DNA from: Dictyostelium discoideum
Lineage: Eukaryota
DNA: 64,000 nucleotides
Direction of reading: 5' to 3'
NCBI GenBank assembly: GCA_000004695.1
Contig: CM000153.2
Span: forward strand, 2,560,001-2,624,000
Below the pieces are notes generated by a model. The model searched no databases, was not told the origin of the DNA, and worked only from the letters and a program-made list of their open reading frames with translations. Positions within the stretch are counted from its first letter, which is position 1. Each line of letters starts with the position of its first letter. The position numbers and the translations under genes are program-made. Below, one piece after another: positions 24,193-38,618 of the stretch.

Positions 24193-24663
24193 TCCAGCAA
24201 TTGCAAGTGTTAAAGTTCTAAGTTTAACAGTTGCAACAAAGAATGCAAATACCCAATATAAACGAATTTCCCATGAACGTGATTGACCTTTTTTCATTTC
24301 CAAGTAAACTAAACCTAATGAAACTGTCCATTGTACTACTGTTACCACTGAATATAAAATTTCAAATGGTTTATTATAAATTGAAACGATAACAATAAAG
24401 AATAAAATCTTCCATGCTACTAATAATATTGAAACAATAACCTCCAATTGTAAAGTTTTTCTCCATGTTTGAAAATCTTGAGATAATTGTTTTAATGTAA
24501 ATAAATCGGGTTTCTTATTTTCAAGGTAATATAACCTTTTCATACCAAATATTAATAAATATATTGCTGGTAATGTCATAACAACTGAATCTTCAAAGCA
24601 TTTTGAAAAATCACCACTATCATTATGCCATACTGTAAATGGTTCATCACCACAAAATCCCAT
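24193..24663 (-). CDS. ABC transporter C-family (MRP-type), exon 1: N-terminal TMD0 region
   Basis: MGFCGDEPFTVWHNDSGDFSKCFEDSVVMTLPAIYLL... resembles the MRP1 N-terminus (…CFQNTVLVWVPCFYLW…). A GTAAGT donor follows GGA at 24191-24192. The ORF table (24178..24663) shows the read-through. Confidence 0.8.
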
Positions 24664-24731
24664 TTTTTTCTTTGTGTAAGTTTTTTTTTTTTTGATTTCT
24701 TTTTGTTTTTATATAAAAATTGTGGTGTGTG

Positions 24732-24774
<43 letters not shown>

Positions 24775-25134
24775 TTTAAAAAAATATTCGTTAAAAAAAA
24801 AAAGAGAAAAAAAAAATTATATATATTTTATTTTAAATAAAATTATACATATAAATTATTTGTTGGAACACAAATCCTTTTTTAAAAAAAAAATAATAAA
24901 AAAAAAAATAAAAAAATAGTTTTAAAAATTCGTAAAAAAAAAAAAATTGATTTTTATTTTTTTTTTTTTTTTTTTTTTTAAAATTTTTTTTTTTTTTTAT
25001 ATTTTTTTTAAAATTTTACAACAAATCTAAAGATCTGTTATATTTATTGTGTTTAAATTATTTTATAATTTTGAAAAATAAATAAATGTAAAAAAAAATA
25101 AAAATAATAAAAATAAAAAAAGTATGCAAATAAA

Positions 25135-25165
<31 letters not shown>

Positions 25166-25446
25166 TCCCAATTTTTTATTTTTAAACAATTATTTTGGGA
25201 CAATTTTCTTTAAATAGTTTGTATTGGAAATAAAATACGCGGAAAAAAACAATAATGCTATTTATTCTAGTTAACAAGAGAATCCGAAATTTAATTACTG
25301 TGTCACCATTTTTGTTGGAAAGAATGCGCTTCCATTCACATTAAAAATTTCAAAAAAATTTCATAAAATTTTTAAAAAAAATTCAAAAAACCCACCGTTT
25401 CAATTACCCAAAACAAATCAAGTTTTTTACAAAATAAAACTTGATC

Positions 25447-25478
<32 letters not shown>

Positions 25479-25805
25479 TAAAATAAAATAATAAAAAATT
25501 TTGTTTCTAAAAAATATCTTTTCAATTTATTTTATTTATTTATTTTTAAATAATGCAAATAATTAAATTGCTATCATCATTTTTATTTTATTTGATTTTT
25601 TTTTTTCAAATAAAAAATTAATTTAATATTTTTATTTTTAAAATCATCCTTCCACCCCTTAAAAAACCATTTTTTTTTTTATTTTTTTATTTTTATTTTT
25701 TTATTTTTTCTTTTCTTTTTTTTTTTTTTTTTTTTTCTTTTCTTTTTTTTTTTTTTTTTTTTGTTTTTTTTATAAAATTAACATCCCACCCAAAAATATT
25801 AAATA

Positions 25806-26111
25806 ATGGCAGAATTTAAAAAACAAATCAGTGAATTATCAGAAAAATTTATTGAAGATTTAAAATATGCAATCGAAACCAACATAATAAATAATGATGA
25901 CGATGATGATGAAGGAGATGATGAAGAAGAAACAAATTTTGATCCATTAGAATATAAATTTTTATCAACAAAAGCACCAAAAGAAAAGTTCATGGAATCA
26001 CTTCAAAAAGTTACAAAATCAATTGTTGCATTATCAAATGCAATTCAAAAGAATGAAAGATCAAATATGATTCGTTCAACAGGTGATGTTGCAACAGTTT
26101 TCACTCAAATT
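25806..26111 (+). CDS. Hypothetical acidic protein (~203 aa), exon 1
   Basis: MAEFKKQISELSEKFIEDLKYAIETNIINNDDDDDEGDDEEE...GDVATVFTQI, with a GTAATT donor at 26112. ORF table 25806..26201. Confidence 0.6.
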
Positions 26112-26201
26112 GTAATTTTTTTTTTTTTTAAAAAATTATCTCCTTTTACCAAAATTAACAATAACATTTCTCTCTCTTTCTCTCTTTTTCTATGTATGTA
26201 G

Positions 26202-26325
26202 AATAATGAAGCAACAGAAATTGCAAGAAGTTTACCAGATGGTAAAGCAAAAGAAAAGTTATTAGAATCAACAAGTAGATGTAAAACATCATCAGTACAA
26301 TTAAAGATTAATATTTCTGTTAAAG
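26202..26325 (+). CDS. Hypothetical acidic protein, exon 2
   Basis: A gtag acceptor at 26198-26201. The exon reads NNEATEIARSLPDGKAKEKLLESTSRCKTSSVQLKINISVK and ends in a GTAAAA donor. The intron carries a CT-rich tract. Confidence 0.5.
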
Positions 26326-26336
26326 GTAAAAATTAT

Positions 26337-26377
<41 letters not shown>

Positions 26378-26410
26378 ATATTAACATTTTAAAATTTTCC
26401 AAACTTAAAG

Positions 26411-26592
26411 CTTCAAGTGATGAGAGTGATGATGTTTCTGATTTAAATAATAAAATCGTTGGATTATTTGAATTAATTAATCAATGTTTTAGTGTAATCG
26501 CTCATTCAGATAGAGTTTATAATGATATGGATTTCAATAAACAATCATTTGGTAGTTCAACTTCATCTTGGAATACTATTTCTTGGAATTAA
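26411..26592 (+). CDS. Hypothetical acidic protein, exon 3 (…FNKQSFGSSTSSWNTISWN*)
   Basis: A cttaaag acceptor at 26409-26410. The frame stays open to TAA at 26590-26592. Confidence 0.5.
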
Positions 26593-26698
26593 AAAATCAA
26601 ATCAGGGAAAAAAAAAAAAAAGAAAAAAAAAAACCTTTTGTATATAAAGAAAGTATAACTTCAATTTGTTTATTATTTATTATCTGTTTGTAAAATAA

Positions 26699-26740
<42 letters not shown>

Positions 26741-26981
26741 TTTAAATCTGGATTTAATGGATTAAATTCATTTATTTTTTTTTAATTTAAAAATTAAAAA
26801 AAATAATAAAAAAAATATAAACAAGTAATAATAAAAAATAAAAAAATAAAAGTAAAAAAATATCTTGTTTTCTTTTTTTTAATTTTTTTTTTTTTTTATT
26901 TTTCACAAAAAAACAAGCATTTTCATTTTTTTTTTTTTTTTTTTTTTTTTTTCACGACACATTCTATAAACAATCAACAAC

Positions 26982-27158
26982 ATGTTTAATAGGATTTTAA
27001 ATAATAATGTTTGCAAAAAAACACTTTTAAATCAAAGTTTTAATTTAATAAATAAAAATAACTTCAAATTTTCTTTATATAAAAATAGTAGTAATTTTAG
27101 TGGTGTTATATTAAATAGTAATAATAATAATAATAATAGGTTCTATACATCAACTACC

Positions 27159-27191
<33 letters not shown>

Positions 27192-27842
27192 CAAAATGTA
27201 ATAACAACACCAACATCAACAGCAACAAAAACTACAGAATTAACAGAATTAACAGAATCAACATCATATGATCCAAATAAATTAGGAGGTGGAATTGATG
27301 AAACACTTAAAATTAATTTAGAAGATTTTAAACATGTATTGGATCCAGAGATGGTACCAATTACAGGATTACCATCATTTATTGAAGTTTGTTTAAATCA
27401 ACTTCACCATTTAACATCATTACCATGGTTAGTGATTGTACCAGTATTTACATTATTCATTCGTTCTGCATTATTTCCACTCTCAATTAAACATCGTATA
27501 AATTCAATGCGTTTACTTGAAATTAGACCACAATTAGATAAATTTAAAGAACAACAAAAAATCAATAGAAAGAATAAAGCATCAATTCAAGTTCGTGCTC
27601 AAACTTCACAAAAGATTACAACTCTATTAAAAGAAAAAGGTTGTCATCCAGTTTTATCCTACATTCTACCAATGGCAAATTTACCATTTCTAATTTCCTC
27701 CATAATTGCATTCCGTGATATGGCTGCAAATTATCCTTCACTCAAAGATGCTGGTATGCTTTGGTTTACCGATTTATCTCAAAGTGATCCAATTTTTGTT
27801 TTACCTGTTATTTGTTCTTCACTTTATTTAATTGCAACTGAA
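26982..27842 (+). CDS. Mitochondrial inner-membrane insertase OXA1/COX18 (YidC/Oxa1/Alb3 family), exon 1
   Basis: An N-terminal presequence-like region is followed by LPWLVIVPVFTLFIRSALFPLSIKHRINSMRLLEIRPQLDKFKEQ and ILPMANLPFLISSIIAFRDMA, which match the Oxa1 core. A GTAAGT donor lies at 27843. ORF table 26982..27974. Confidence 0.8.
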
Positions 27843-27869
27843 GTAAGTAACAATAATAATAATAATAAT

Positions 27870-27960
27870 ATACTAGAGGGTAGGGTGGGGGTGTGGGTAG
27901 TTTGTATGAGAAATTGCGCTTCTCTCTACCCCTTTACCCCTCTAGTATACTACATATCAT
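27870..27960. repeat. GC-rich imperfect inverted repeat inside the OXA1 intron (tatactagagggtagggtggg ... cccctttacccctctagtatact)
   Basis: Arms of ~12 perfect plus ~10 imperfect bp flank a ~40-nt spacer. The block is far GC-richer than the surrounding intron. Confidence 0.6.
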
Positions 27961-28001
27961 ATAGAGTGTACTAATACATGCTTTTTTTTTTTTTTTTTTA
28001 G

Positions 28002-28331
28002 TTGGCATTTTCAAAAAATACAAATCCATTAATGGTAGCACTTAAATGGGTATCAAGAGGTATGTCATTATTGTTGATTGCATTTAGTCCAACAATTCCA
28101 AGTATTTGTTATTTATATTGGATACCATCAGGATTATTTACAATTGCACAATCCCTTGCATTCAATTCAAAAAGAGTATGTAAATTTTTAGGTTTACCAA
28201 TATCAATTAAAAGTGGTGATTCAGTCATTAGTTTATTTAATGATGGAGAAAATAAAAAACCTGAAATTAAATATGCACCAGAATTACCATCATCATCAAA
28301 ATCTAAACCAATATTTAATAAAAAGAAATAA
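28002..28331 (+). CDS. OXA1/COX18-family insertase, exon 2
   Basis: A t-rich acceptor ...tttttag at 27999-28001. NPLMVALKWVSRGMSLLLIAFSPTIPSICYLYWIPSGLFTIAQSL matches the YidC/Oxa1 C-terminal TM core. A basic tail runs to the stop at 28329-28331. ORF table 28002..28331. Confidence 0.8.
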   Translation: MAFSKNTNPLMVALKWVSRGMSLLLIAFSPTIPSICYLYWIPSGLFTIAQSLAFNSKRVCKFLGLPISIKSGDSVISLFNDGENKKPEIKYAPELPSSSKSKPIFNKKK

Positions 28332-28525
28332 AGACAATTTTAAATTTACTTTATTATATTTTATTTTATGTACAAAAAACATTATACACATACACCACAT
28401 ACATAAGTACTAATGTACTAATACATTTATATATATATGTGTGTGTATGTGGATGTTGTATAAATATATCTTTATTTTTTTTTTTCTTTTTTATTTTTTT
28501 AATTTTTTTTATTTTATTTTTTTTT

Positions 28526-28643
28526 TTAATCTTTAGATTTAATTTCAATATTTGATTTTACATAAAAGAGTGGTTGTAATGGTTGATCTTGAGATGAAAG
28601 GTTTGGCGTTGTTTCAGGCGTTGTTTCAGGTGTTATTATATTA

Positions 28644-28705
<62 letters not shown>

Positions 28706-29110
28706 TATAATATTATTATTATCATCATTATTATTATTAGTATTAATACCAGTTGAATTTATATTTTGGGTTGCAGTGGTATTATTGGAAATGGTATTAG
28801 TATTGTTATTGTTATTTATATTGTTTGTATTTATATTTGTAATATTATTATTAATATTATTTCCATTGGTAATTCCAGTTTGTTTTAATTTTTGATTATT
28901 ATTATTATCATTATTATTATTAATATTTTTATCTTTATTTTTATTTTTATTATTGGATTTTGAATGGCCACATAGTAAAGTTTTTATGGAGTCATTCCTT
29001 CTATCCAGTATTAATGATTTTACAGTGATACAAACAGTAGCAACTTCTAATATAATTGATATTACTAAACTATACCATGCCAATGTTGGTCTCCAAATAT
29101 ATTCGATTCT
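28526..29110 (-). CDS. Paralog A, exon 2 (RIEYIWRPTLAWYSLVISIILEVATVCITV..., Asn-rich tail)
   Basis: An aaatag acceptor at 29111-29114, in frame with ORF-table 28526..29083. The TM helix comes directly after the W.P..W..SL motif. Confidence 0.6.
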
Positions 29111-29189
29111 CTATTTAATTTAAATATAAAAAATAAGTATTTTTTTTTTTTTTTTTTTTTTTAATTAAACAAAATGAATTTTAACTTAC

Positions 29190-29434
29190 ATCACCATTTG
29201 GTTCTGTTACAAACAAAAAACCAGAGAATGTAGTACAAAGTCCATAATAGTCATTTGTATTATTTTTTATACATATTGATTGAATATATGGTTCGCTTTT
29301 AAATGCATTGTTTAAAGACAATGGATAAAATATTGCAACACATATGAATACAAATGGTAAAATATTAAAAAATAATAAAAGTATAGCAATTATTGTACTA
29401 TTTTCCCTTTTAACATTATATTTTTTAATTTCTA

Positions 29435-29492
<58 letters not shown>

Positions 29493-30107
29493 GTTATTAT
29501 TATCAATTGTATTTTTATTATTTTTATTATTTACATGTTGTTGTTGATGTTGTTGTTGTTGTTTTTGTAATTGTTGTTGATGATGTAATTGAAATTGATA
29601 AAATAATTGTTGTTGTCGTAACTTTTTTTGTTGTTTTTTTTGAAATTCTTTTTCTTCAGAATCATTTAAATTAAAATTATATTCATCATTTATCATTTGT
29701 TCTTCTTCGTCATAAATTTGATTAAAGTCATTATTTAAAAACCTTTTTCCTACATGATTCATGTAAGCGATTAATAGGAAAATTGGAATTACTTTGGAAA
29801 CTAATGCCGACACTGTGAATTTATAACTATAACTTAGAATTGAACCAACTGTGTTATGATTTGGATAATAATAAAAACTTGCATTGTAAATGTATTGATT
29901 TGAAGTTATTGGAATATTCTCAGCTAGAGAAATATATTCGGTGTGAAATAAATAAGATTGTTTTCTAGTGTATGAACTTTTTGAAAAATTATAAAAATTA
30001 TAGTCTGCTTTATACAAGGGTTGTGATACTGAAAAATACAGTAGACACGTATCAAATGTCAATAAAAATAATAATATTATTATTGATGTTGTAATTTTAA
30101 ATAACAT
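29190..30107 (-). CDS. Asn-rich tetraspan-like membrane protein, paralog A, exon 1 (306 codons)
   Basis: ORF table 29181..30107. An N-terminal signal/TM is followed by KVIPIFLLIAYM, a poly-Q/poly-N insert, a second TM pair, and then ...YYGLCTTFSGFLFVTEPNGD with a GTAAGT donor. Confidence 0.65.
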
Positions 30108-30581
30108 TTTTTTATTTTATTTAATTATTTTTATTATTATTATTATTTTTATTATTATTATTTTTATTATATTAAAATATTTAATTAATTTTATTTTTTT
30201 TTATTTTCTTTGAAAAAATAAATTAAAAAAATAAAAAAACAAATAAACAAATAATAATAATAATAATAGTTATATAGCTATGTTTTTTTTTTAATAATAT
30301 TTTTATATGTAATTAATTAATTTATATGTAGAGTGTTTTTTTTTTTTTTTTTTTATATCAATGAATTTTTATTTTTTTTTTATTCTTTTTTTTTGTATAC
30401 AATTTTTATAGTTGGTTTTTTTTGAGGAGATACATATGAAAAAAATAGGCTTTTTATTTTTTAAATATTATGGAAATCATTATTGTTTAGTTAATAATAT
30501 GAATAAGATTGGTAGTCTTTTTATTATTATTTTTATTTTTATTAAAATGGTATTTAAAATAAAAAAATAAATAAAACCAAC

Positions 30582-30621
<40 letters not shown>

Positions 30622-30884
30622 TGAACGAAATATTTTTGTATTTATTATTTGTTTAAAAAAATTTTTTTTAAATTTTTTAAAATAAAATTAAAAAAAAATT
30701 AAAATTTTTTTTATTTTTTATATTTTAAGTGGTTAAATTAGTGATGTTGTGTTTGGGGGGGGAGGTTTAAATTTATATTGGATATAAATATTGTTTATAA
30801 GTATTTTATTTTATTTTTTTTAAGTACACATGTAATTATAATTATTTTAAAGATTTTTATTGTTTTTTTTTTTTTATATGTTGG

Positions 30885-30915
<31 letters not shown>

Positions 30916-31131
30916 GATATTGTTTAAATTTTTTTTTTTTGTCTTGAAAATTTAATTAAATAATAAATATTAATAGCCAAGAAGATAAAGAAAACCAATT
31001 AAATTAAGTTGTGAGTGAGTGTGTGAGTATACACTTTTTGTGGGTTAAAGTGTTGATTATATAGTTTTTATATTTTAAAATTAATTTTTTAATAAAAAAA
31101 AAAAAAAAAAGAAAAAAAAAAAAAAGTAATA

Positions 31132-31165
<34 letters not shown>

Positions 31166-31335
31166 AAAAGAAAAAAATAATAATAAAAAAAAAAAAAATT
31201 AAAAATAAAAATCAATTTAAATGGTTACATAACACCAAAATTATATAAAGTTTATCGCATTATTATTGAGATAAAATAAATAAATAAATAATTAAAAAAA
31301 AAAAAAAAAAAAACCTCTCTCTATCACATTAAACC

Positions 31336-31368
<33 letters not shown>

Positions 31369-31665
31369 TCTCAACCACATAAAAACAATTTTTTTGCACA
31401 CTCTCTCTAAAAACGTTTTCCACATTTGATATTGTTTTTTTGTTCGAGTGAGAGTGGTAGTTAAATGTGAGCTCACAAGATTTTTTTTTTTTTTTTTTTT
31501 TTTTTAATTCATCAAAATAATAAAAAAGCTAATATATTAATATGTATTTAACCCCATATTGGGTGAGTTATTTTTAATATGTTATTTTTTTGGGAGAGCT
31601 TCCCTTATTAAAATAGAGGTGAACAAAATGTAAAACTCCAACCATATTTTTTATGTATATATATA

Positions 31666-31696
<31 letters not shown>

Positions 31697-32018
31697 ATTT
31701 TATTTTTTTTTTTTTTTTTTTTTTTTTAATCATTAAATATTTACACAATGGAAATTGTTTTATCACACTTGATTTTTTTTTTTTTTTTTTTAATTTTTTA
31801 AAAAAAAAACAAGATATAATTTTGGGGGGTCATGAGATGAATTTATACCATTTTTTTAACTGATGTATAAAAATAGTGTTAAAAAAATATTATTTAATAT
31901 AATTATTATTGTCACATAATAAATATTGTAAAATTGATTTTAATAAAATTGGGTGAGCCATTTCGATTATAACAATATAAAAAAAAATTTATATGTATAT
32001 ATTGCACTAAAATTTTTA

Positions 32019-32083
<65 letters not shown>

Positions 32084-32148
32084 TTTATTATAATTATTTT
32101 AACTCACATTATTACTTTCACCCACATATTATATTAATAAAATAATAT

Positions 32149-32182
<34 letters not shown>

Positions 32183-33256
32183 TTAAAGGCGTTTTGTTCA
32201 TTGATAAAAATTGATTTTTGAATTTTAAAAAATCATTTTTTTTTGTATTTATCAAAAATGGAAAAATTAATTTTGGGATGTCGAATTTATGATTTATCAC
32301 TTTTTTTTTTATTCTATTATTATTATCAAAAATTATTTTGTTTTTTAATAAGAATATATTAAAAAAAAAAAAAAAAAATTTAATAAAAAAAAATAAAATT
32401 ATTAAAAATAGATTATATCTTTTATCATCTTTTATTATATATCATTTATTTTTATCATTACACTATTTTTATTATTATAATTATTATTATTTTTTTGATT
32501 TATTTATTTTTTATTTAATTTTTTTTTTTTTTTTTTTTTTCCTTTTTCCTTTTAGTTTTAATCACTTAAAAATTTAAAGGGTTAAAATATATAAATAATA
32601 ATATTATTTTTGATATCATTATTTTATTATTTTATTTTTTTTTTATTTTAATTTTAATATTATTTATATTTTTATATAAATATGTATTTTTTTTTCTTTT
32701 TTTTTATTTTTTTTTATTATTTTTTTTATTTATTTTTATTTTTAAAAATGAGATTGAAAACAAAATCTAACAATGACATTTGGAAAAAATAAAATATTTT
32801 AATAGAAAAAAAAAGAGACATAAATTTCAGATATCATTTTTGCATATAATTCTAATATAAAAAAAGGAAAAAAAAAAAAAAATTTCTATTTTTAGTTTTT
32901 AACTCCTTCAAAAATGGTTGTTAATTTTCCAACAACCCATTTATTGTAAAGTCAAGGGCCAAATTGTGCACCAATGGTGAGTCAACTAGTTTAATTGTTA
33001 ATATTGGAATTAACATTCAATACTGTTTTTCAGGTCCTTGTATAGAATAATATTTTTTTGTTTGCAATATTTATTATTTAATCATTATTTTTAATAATAA
33101 TAATAATAAAAATTAAATTATAATAAAATTACATTTATTTCTCTAGAGATTTAATATTTACTTTTTTTAAAAAATATATTTTTCATCACTTTTTTATGAT
33201 ACTATTTTATTTTAAATTATTATTATTATTATTTTTTTTTTTTTTTTTAAAATTTT

Positions 33257-33496
33257 TTAATTTTCATTTGAAATATCAGATTTAATTTCTATATTTAATA
33301 AAACCATTTTTGAAGGTATTGAAGACATTTCAACATTTCCATTATTTTCCCTATTATGTATATTATTATTATTAAATTGTGAAATACTTTCAACAGTAAA
33401 TGTTTTTACAAAAATAAAAAATACAATAAATTCTATAATAGTAGATACCAAAGATAGAAACCATGATTTTGAAGGACCCCACCTATAATCTAATTC
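33257..33496 (-). CDS. Paralog B, exon 2 (ELDYRWGPSKSWFLSLVSTIIEFIVFFIFV...)
   Basis: An aataatag acceptor. It is in frame with ORF-table 33257..33451. Confidence 0.55.
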   Translation of the reverse strand, partial: ELDYRWGPSKSWFLSLVSTIIEFIVFFIFVKTFTVESISQFNNNNIHNRENNGNVEMSSIPSKMVLLNIEIKSDISNEN

Positions 33497-33612
33497 CTAT
33501 TATTTAAATTTATTATAAAAATATTTTTATTAATAATTATATTTTTTTCCAATTTAAAATAATTAAAATAATAATAAAAAAAGTAAAAAAAAAAAAAAAT
33601 TAAATATTTTAC

Positions 33613-34635
<1,023 letters not shown>

Positions 34636-35116
34636 TGTTTAAAATAAAAAAAAAAAAAAAAATAAAAAAATTTGGAAAAATAAATAAATTGGAAAAAAAA
34701 ATTGTTTAGAAAAATGATTTATTATTTTTACATATGAAAAATAGCAATATTAAATGAAATTAAGAAAAAAAAATAATTATTTTGTGTTAAAAAATTATTA
34801 TTCCAATTTAATAATAAAAAAAAAAAAAAAAAAAAAAAAAAATTATTTGTGTTAAAAAAAAAAAAATAATAATTAAAAATAAATTAAATTCACATAAAAT
34901 ATAAAACCTAAAAATAGAAAAAAAAATTATATTAATCCCACACCACTCCATCATATAAAAAAAATAAAAATTTCCCAAAATTAATAATGTAAAAATTATT
35001 AATCAACAAAAAAAAAAATTATTTGGGTTAAAAAAAAAAAAAAAATAAAAAATAAAAAATTAAATTAAATTATTTACATTATTTTTTACATTTTATTTAA
35101 TTTTAATTTGATTTGA

Positions 35117-35341
35117 TTAATCTGTACCAATTCGTTGATTTAATGTTAATAAACGATAATTAATTAAATCCATATCACTTAAATTTAATATATTTGTAAA
35201 TTTATGAGGTTGTTTTGGTTTTTTTAATTTTCCCTCTGTTATTATTAAAAAGATAATCACAATAATTGAAAATGAATCTAAACATAATGAACACAATGAT
35301 AAATACCACCCAAATGATGGACCCCAACTGAAATCCATAAA
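35117..35341 (-). CDS. Paralog C, exon 2 (FMDFSWGPSFGWYLSLCSLCLDSFSIIVIIFLII...)
   Basis: An aaatag acceptor. ORF table 35117..35338. Confidence 0.55.
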   Translation of the reverse strand, partial: FMDFSWGPSFGWYLSLCSLCLDSFSIIVIIFLIITEGKLKKPKQPHKFTNILNLSDMDLINYRLLTLNQRIGTD

Positions 35342-35375
35342 CTATTTAAAAATTAATAATTGTTAGGAATACATA

Positions 35376-35423
<48 letters not shown>

Positions 35424-35428
35424 CATAC

Positions 35429-36316
<888 letters not shown>

Positions 36317-36396
36317 TTTTTAAAAAATTTAATTATAAAATTATTTATTTATTTATTTTTTTATTTATAAATTTATTTATTTATTTATTTTTTATT

Positions 36397-36399
<3 letters not shown>

Positions 36400-36481
<82 letters not shown>

Positions 36482-36485
36482 TTAA
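36400..36485. repeat. (ATTT)n microsatellite
   Basis: tttatttatttattt... about 20 units. Confidence 0.9.
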
Positions 36486-36883
36486 TTAAATATATAAAAG
36501 ATTATTTTAAAAAAAATTAAAAATTAATTAAAATTAATTTTTAATATGAAAATTTTAAATTATCTAATAGAGGAAAATGGAATTTTTTTTATTATATGTT
36601 GGAATAAAGAAATAAAAATTTAAAATTATAAATAAAAAATGAAAAAAATAAAAAATAAAAAAAATAAAAAAAATAAATAAAGGGTGTGGTGATTAAAAAA
36701 AAAAAAAAAAAAAAAAAATAATAATAATAAAAAAAATAATAAAAACAATAATAAATAAAAAAAGGTGAATTATTAATTAATTATATTAATTATTTTGAAG
36801 TTAATTAATAATATTCCCATTATTACTACATTTTTTTAGGAAATCAAGAATTTTTTAAAAATTTCTTTTTACTTTTCCCGACT

Positions 36884-36917
<34 letters not shown>

Positions 36918-37430
36918 ATTCAGCTTTATATAAATAAAAAAACCAATTTTAACGGATTCCTTAAAAAGGTTTTTTTTTTTTTTTTTTTTTTTTTCATCAC
37001 CAATTTTGGAAAAAAATAAATAAAAAAAAGCAATCGATATTTACCCTGGTTGAGGGTTTTATTTGTTTTTTTTTTTAAGCTTAAAAATGTCATCCAAATT
37101 TAAAAAATTAAAAAAAAAAAATAAAAATAAAAAAAAAAATAAAAAAAAAATTAAAAATAAAATAAAAAAAAAAAAATAAAAAAAAAAAAAAAAAAAAAAT
37201 TTTCCTTTGTGAGAGATCCTTTTAATTTATTTTTATTTATTTATTTATACTACCTATTTTTCTTTTTTATTTTTTTTTTTTTATTGTTTTTTTTTTTTTG
37301 TTTTTTTATATTTTTTATAAAATTTTTTTTTTTGTCACATATCACAACTAATAACAATTTTCCCTCCACTTTTTTTTTTTTTTTTTTTACACACTTATAT
37401 ATATATATATACACAAAATAAATGATAAAT

Positions 37431-37477
37431 ATGACAGAGACAAAACAATTAAAATTAATTTTAATAGGAGATGTGAA
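37431..37477 (+). CDS. Rab-family small GTPase, exon 1 (MTETKQLKLILIGDV + 2 nt)
   Basis: ATG followed by KLILIGD (the G1 lead-in), then a GTAATT donor at 37478. Confidence 0.6.
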
Positions 37478-37621
37478 GTAATTATTTAGAATATTTAACA
37501 AACAACAACAAAAATTTATAAAAACACACAAAAAAAAAAAAACTTAACCAAACCACACACCACAAACCAAAAAATAAAAAAACATCAAAAAATGGTTACT
37601 AATATATTAAAAAAACCATAG

Positions 37622-37751
37622 CGTTGGAAAGACGTCTATTCTTCATAGGCTTATTTTTTCCAAATTTACAGAAGAATATAAAAGTACTATAGGTGCAGAT
37701 TTTTTATCAAAAACATTTTATCAAAATGATATTATTACACATATTCAACTT
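37622..37751 (+). CDS. Rab-family GTPase, exon 2 (completes the P-loop GDVNVGKTS; switch I region TIGADF)
   Basis: A ccatag acceptor at 37616-37621. It reads (N)VGKTSILHRLIFSKFTEEYKSTIGADFLSKTFYQNDIITHIQL, with a GTAAGT donor at 37752. Confidence 0.65.
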
Positions 37752-38039
37752 GTAAGTTTCACTTGACAAATAACAGAAACAATGACAATAACAATAGCAA
37801 CATCAATAATAAAAACAGTATACATTTTGTGCTACAGATTATAATGATTATATATAGAAAGCAACTTCCACCACATCCACCACATCTTCATATTCAATCT
37901 CATTACCACCCACCCACCCTCCTTCCTCCCTTCCCCTTACTTACTATGTATTATTGTACAATAATAATTAATAAAAAACAGAGTGTATACTAATTTTGCA
38001 ATGTTTTATTTATTTATTATTTATTATTTAATATTTTAG

Positions 38040-38411
38040 TGGGATACAGCAGGACAAGAGAAATATTGGTGTTTAACATCAGCATTTTGGAGAACATCAG
38101 ATGCAGTTATATTAGTATTTGATATTTCAAATGAATCATCTTTTAGAAATTTAAATTTTTGGTATAAACAATTCAAATCAAAGAGTATAAACCCTGATGG
38201 GACAGAAAAACAATTACCTATATTATTATTAGCAAATAAATCAGATTCTTTGACAAGAGCTGTCGATCAATCTGAAATTAATCAATGGTGTACTGATCAT
38301 AAAGTTAATTTATATTATGAAGTATCTGCTAAATCTTCTATAAATATAAAAGAATCAATTCTAAAATTAGTTGAAGTTATAATTGAACAAGATAAAGATT
38401 CTGATAAGTAA
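38040..38411 (+). CDS. Rab-family GTPase, exon 3 (WDTAGQE switch II, LLANKSD G4, EVSAKS G5); includes a possible in-frame stop at 38409-38411
   Basis: An attttag acceptor at 38038-38039. It reads WDTAGQEKYWCLTSAFWRTSDAVILVFDISNESSFRNL...LLLANKSDSL...YYEVSAKSSINIKESILKLVEVIIEQDKDSDK. The sequence GATAAGTAAGT is either a stop or a GTAAGT donor at 38408. Confidence 0.7.
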   Translation, partial: WDTAGQEKYWCLTSAFWRTSDAVILVFDISNESSFRNLNFWYKQFKSKSINPDGTEKQLPILLLANKSDSLTRAVDQSEINQWCTDHKVNLYYEVSAKSSINIKESILKLVEVIIEQDKDSDK

Positions 38412-38618
38412 GTTATTTAATAATAAATAATAAATAATAATAATAATAAATAAAACAAACCAATAAAATAAATAATATCTACATATATTATATCTATATA
38501 ATATCTCTATATCTCTATATCTATATTTATATAATATATGTTTATATATTATATGTATATATTTTCAAATAGCAATATTAATTAATTATGGTTATTCAAT
38601 TTATACTTACACTACCAG

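Noticed and set aside
28213-28548. ORFs 28213..28413 (+) and 28366..28548 (-) downstream of OXA1
   Set aside because: They overlap the OXA1 stop and 3' UTR and its inverted repeat (poly-H/K artefacts). They were kept only as the structured-UTR finding.
32338-32577. 79-aa ORF in the AT desert
   Set aside because: It is a poly-K/F/Y translation of simple sequence with no gene-like features.
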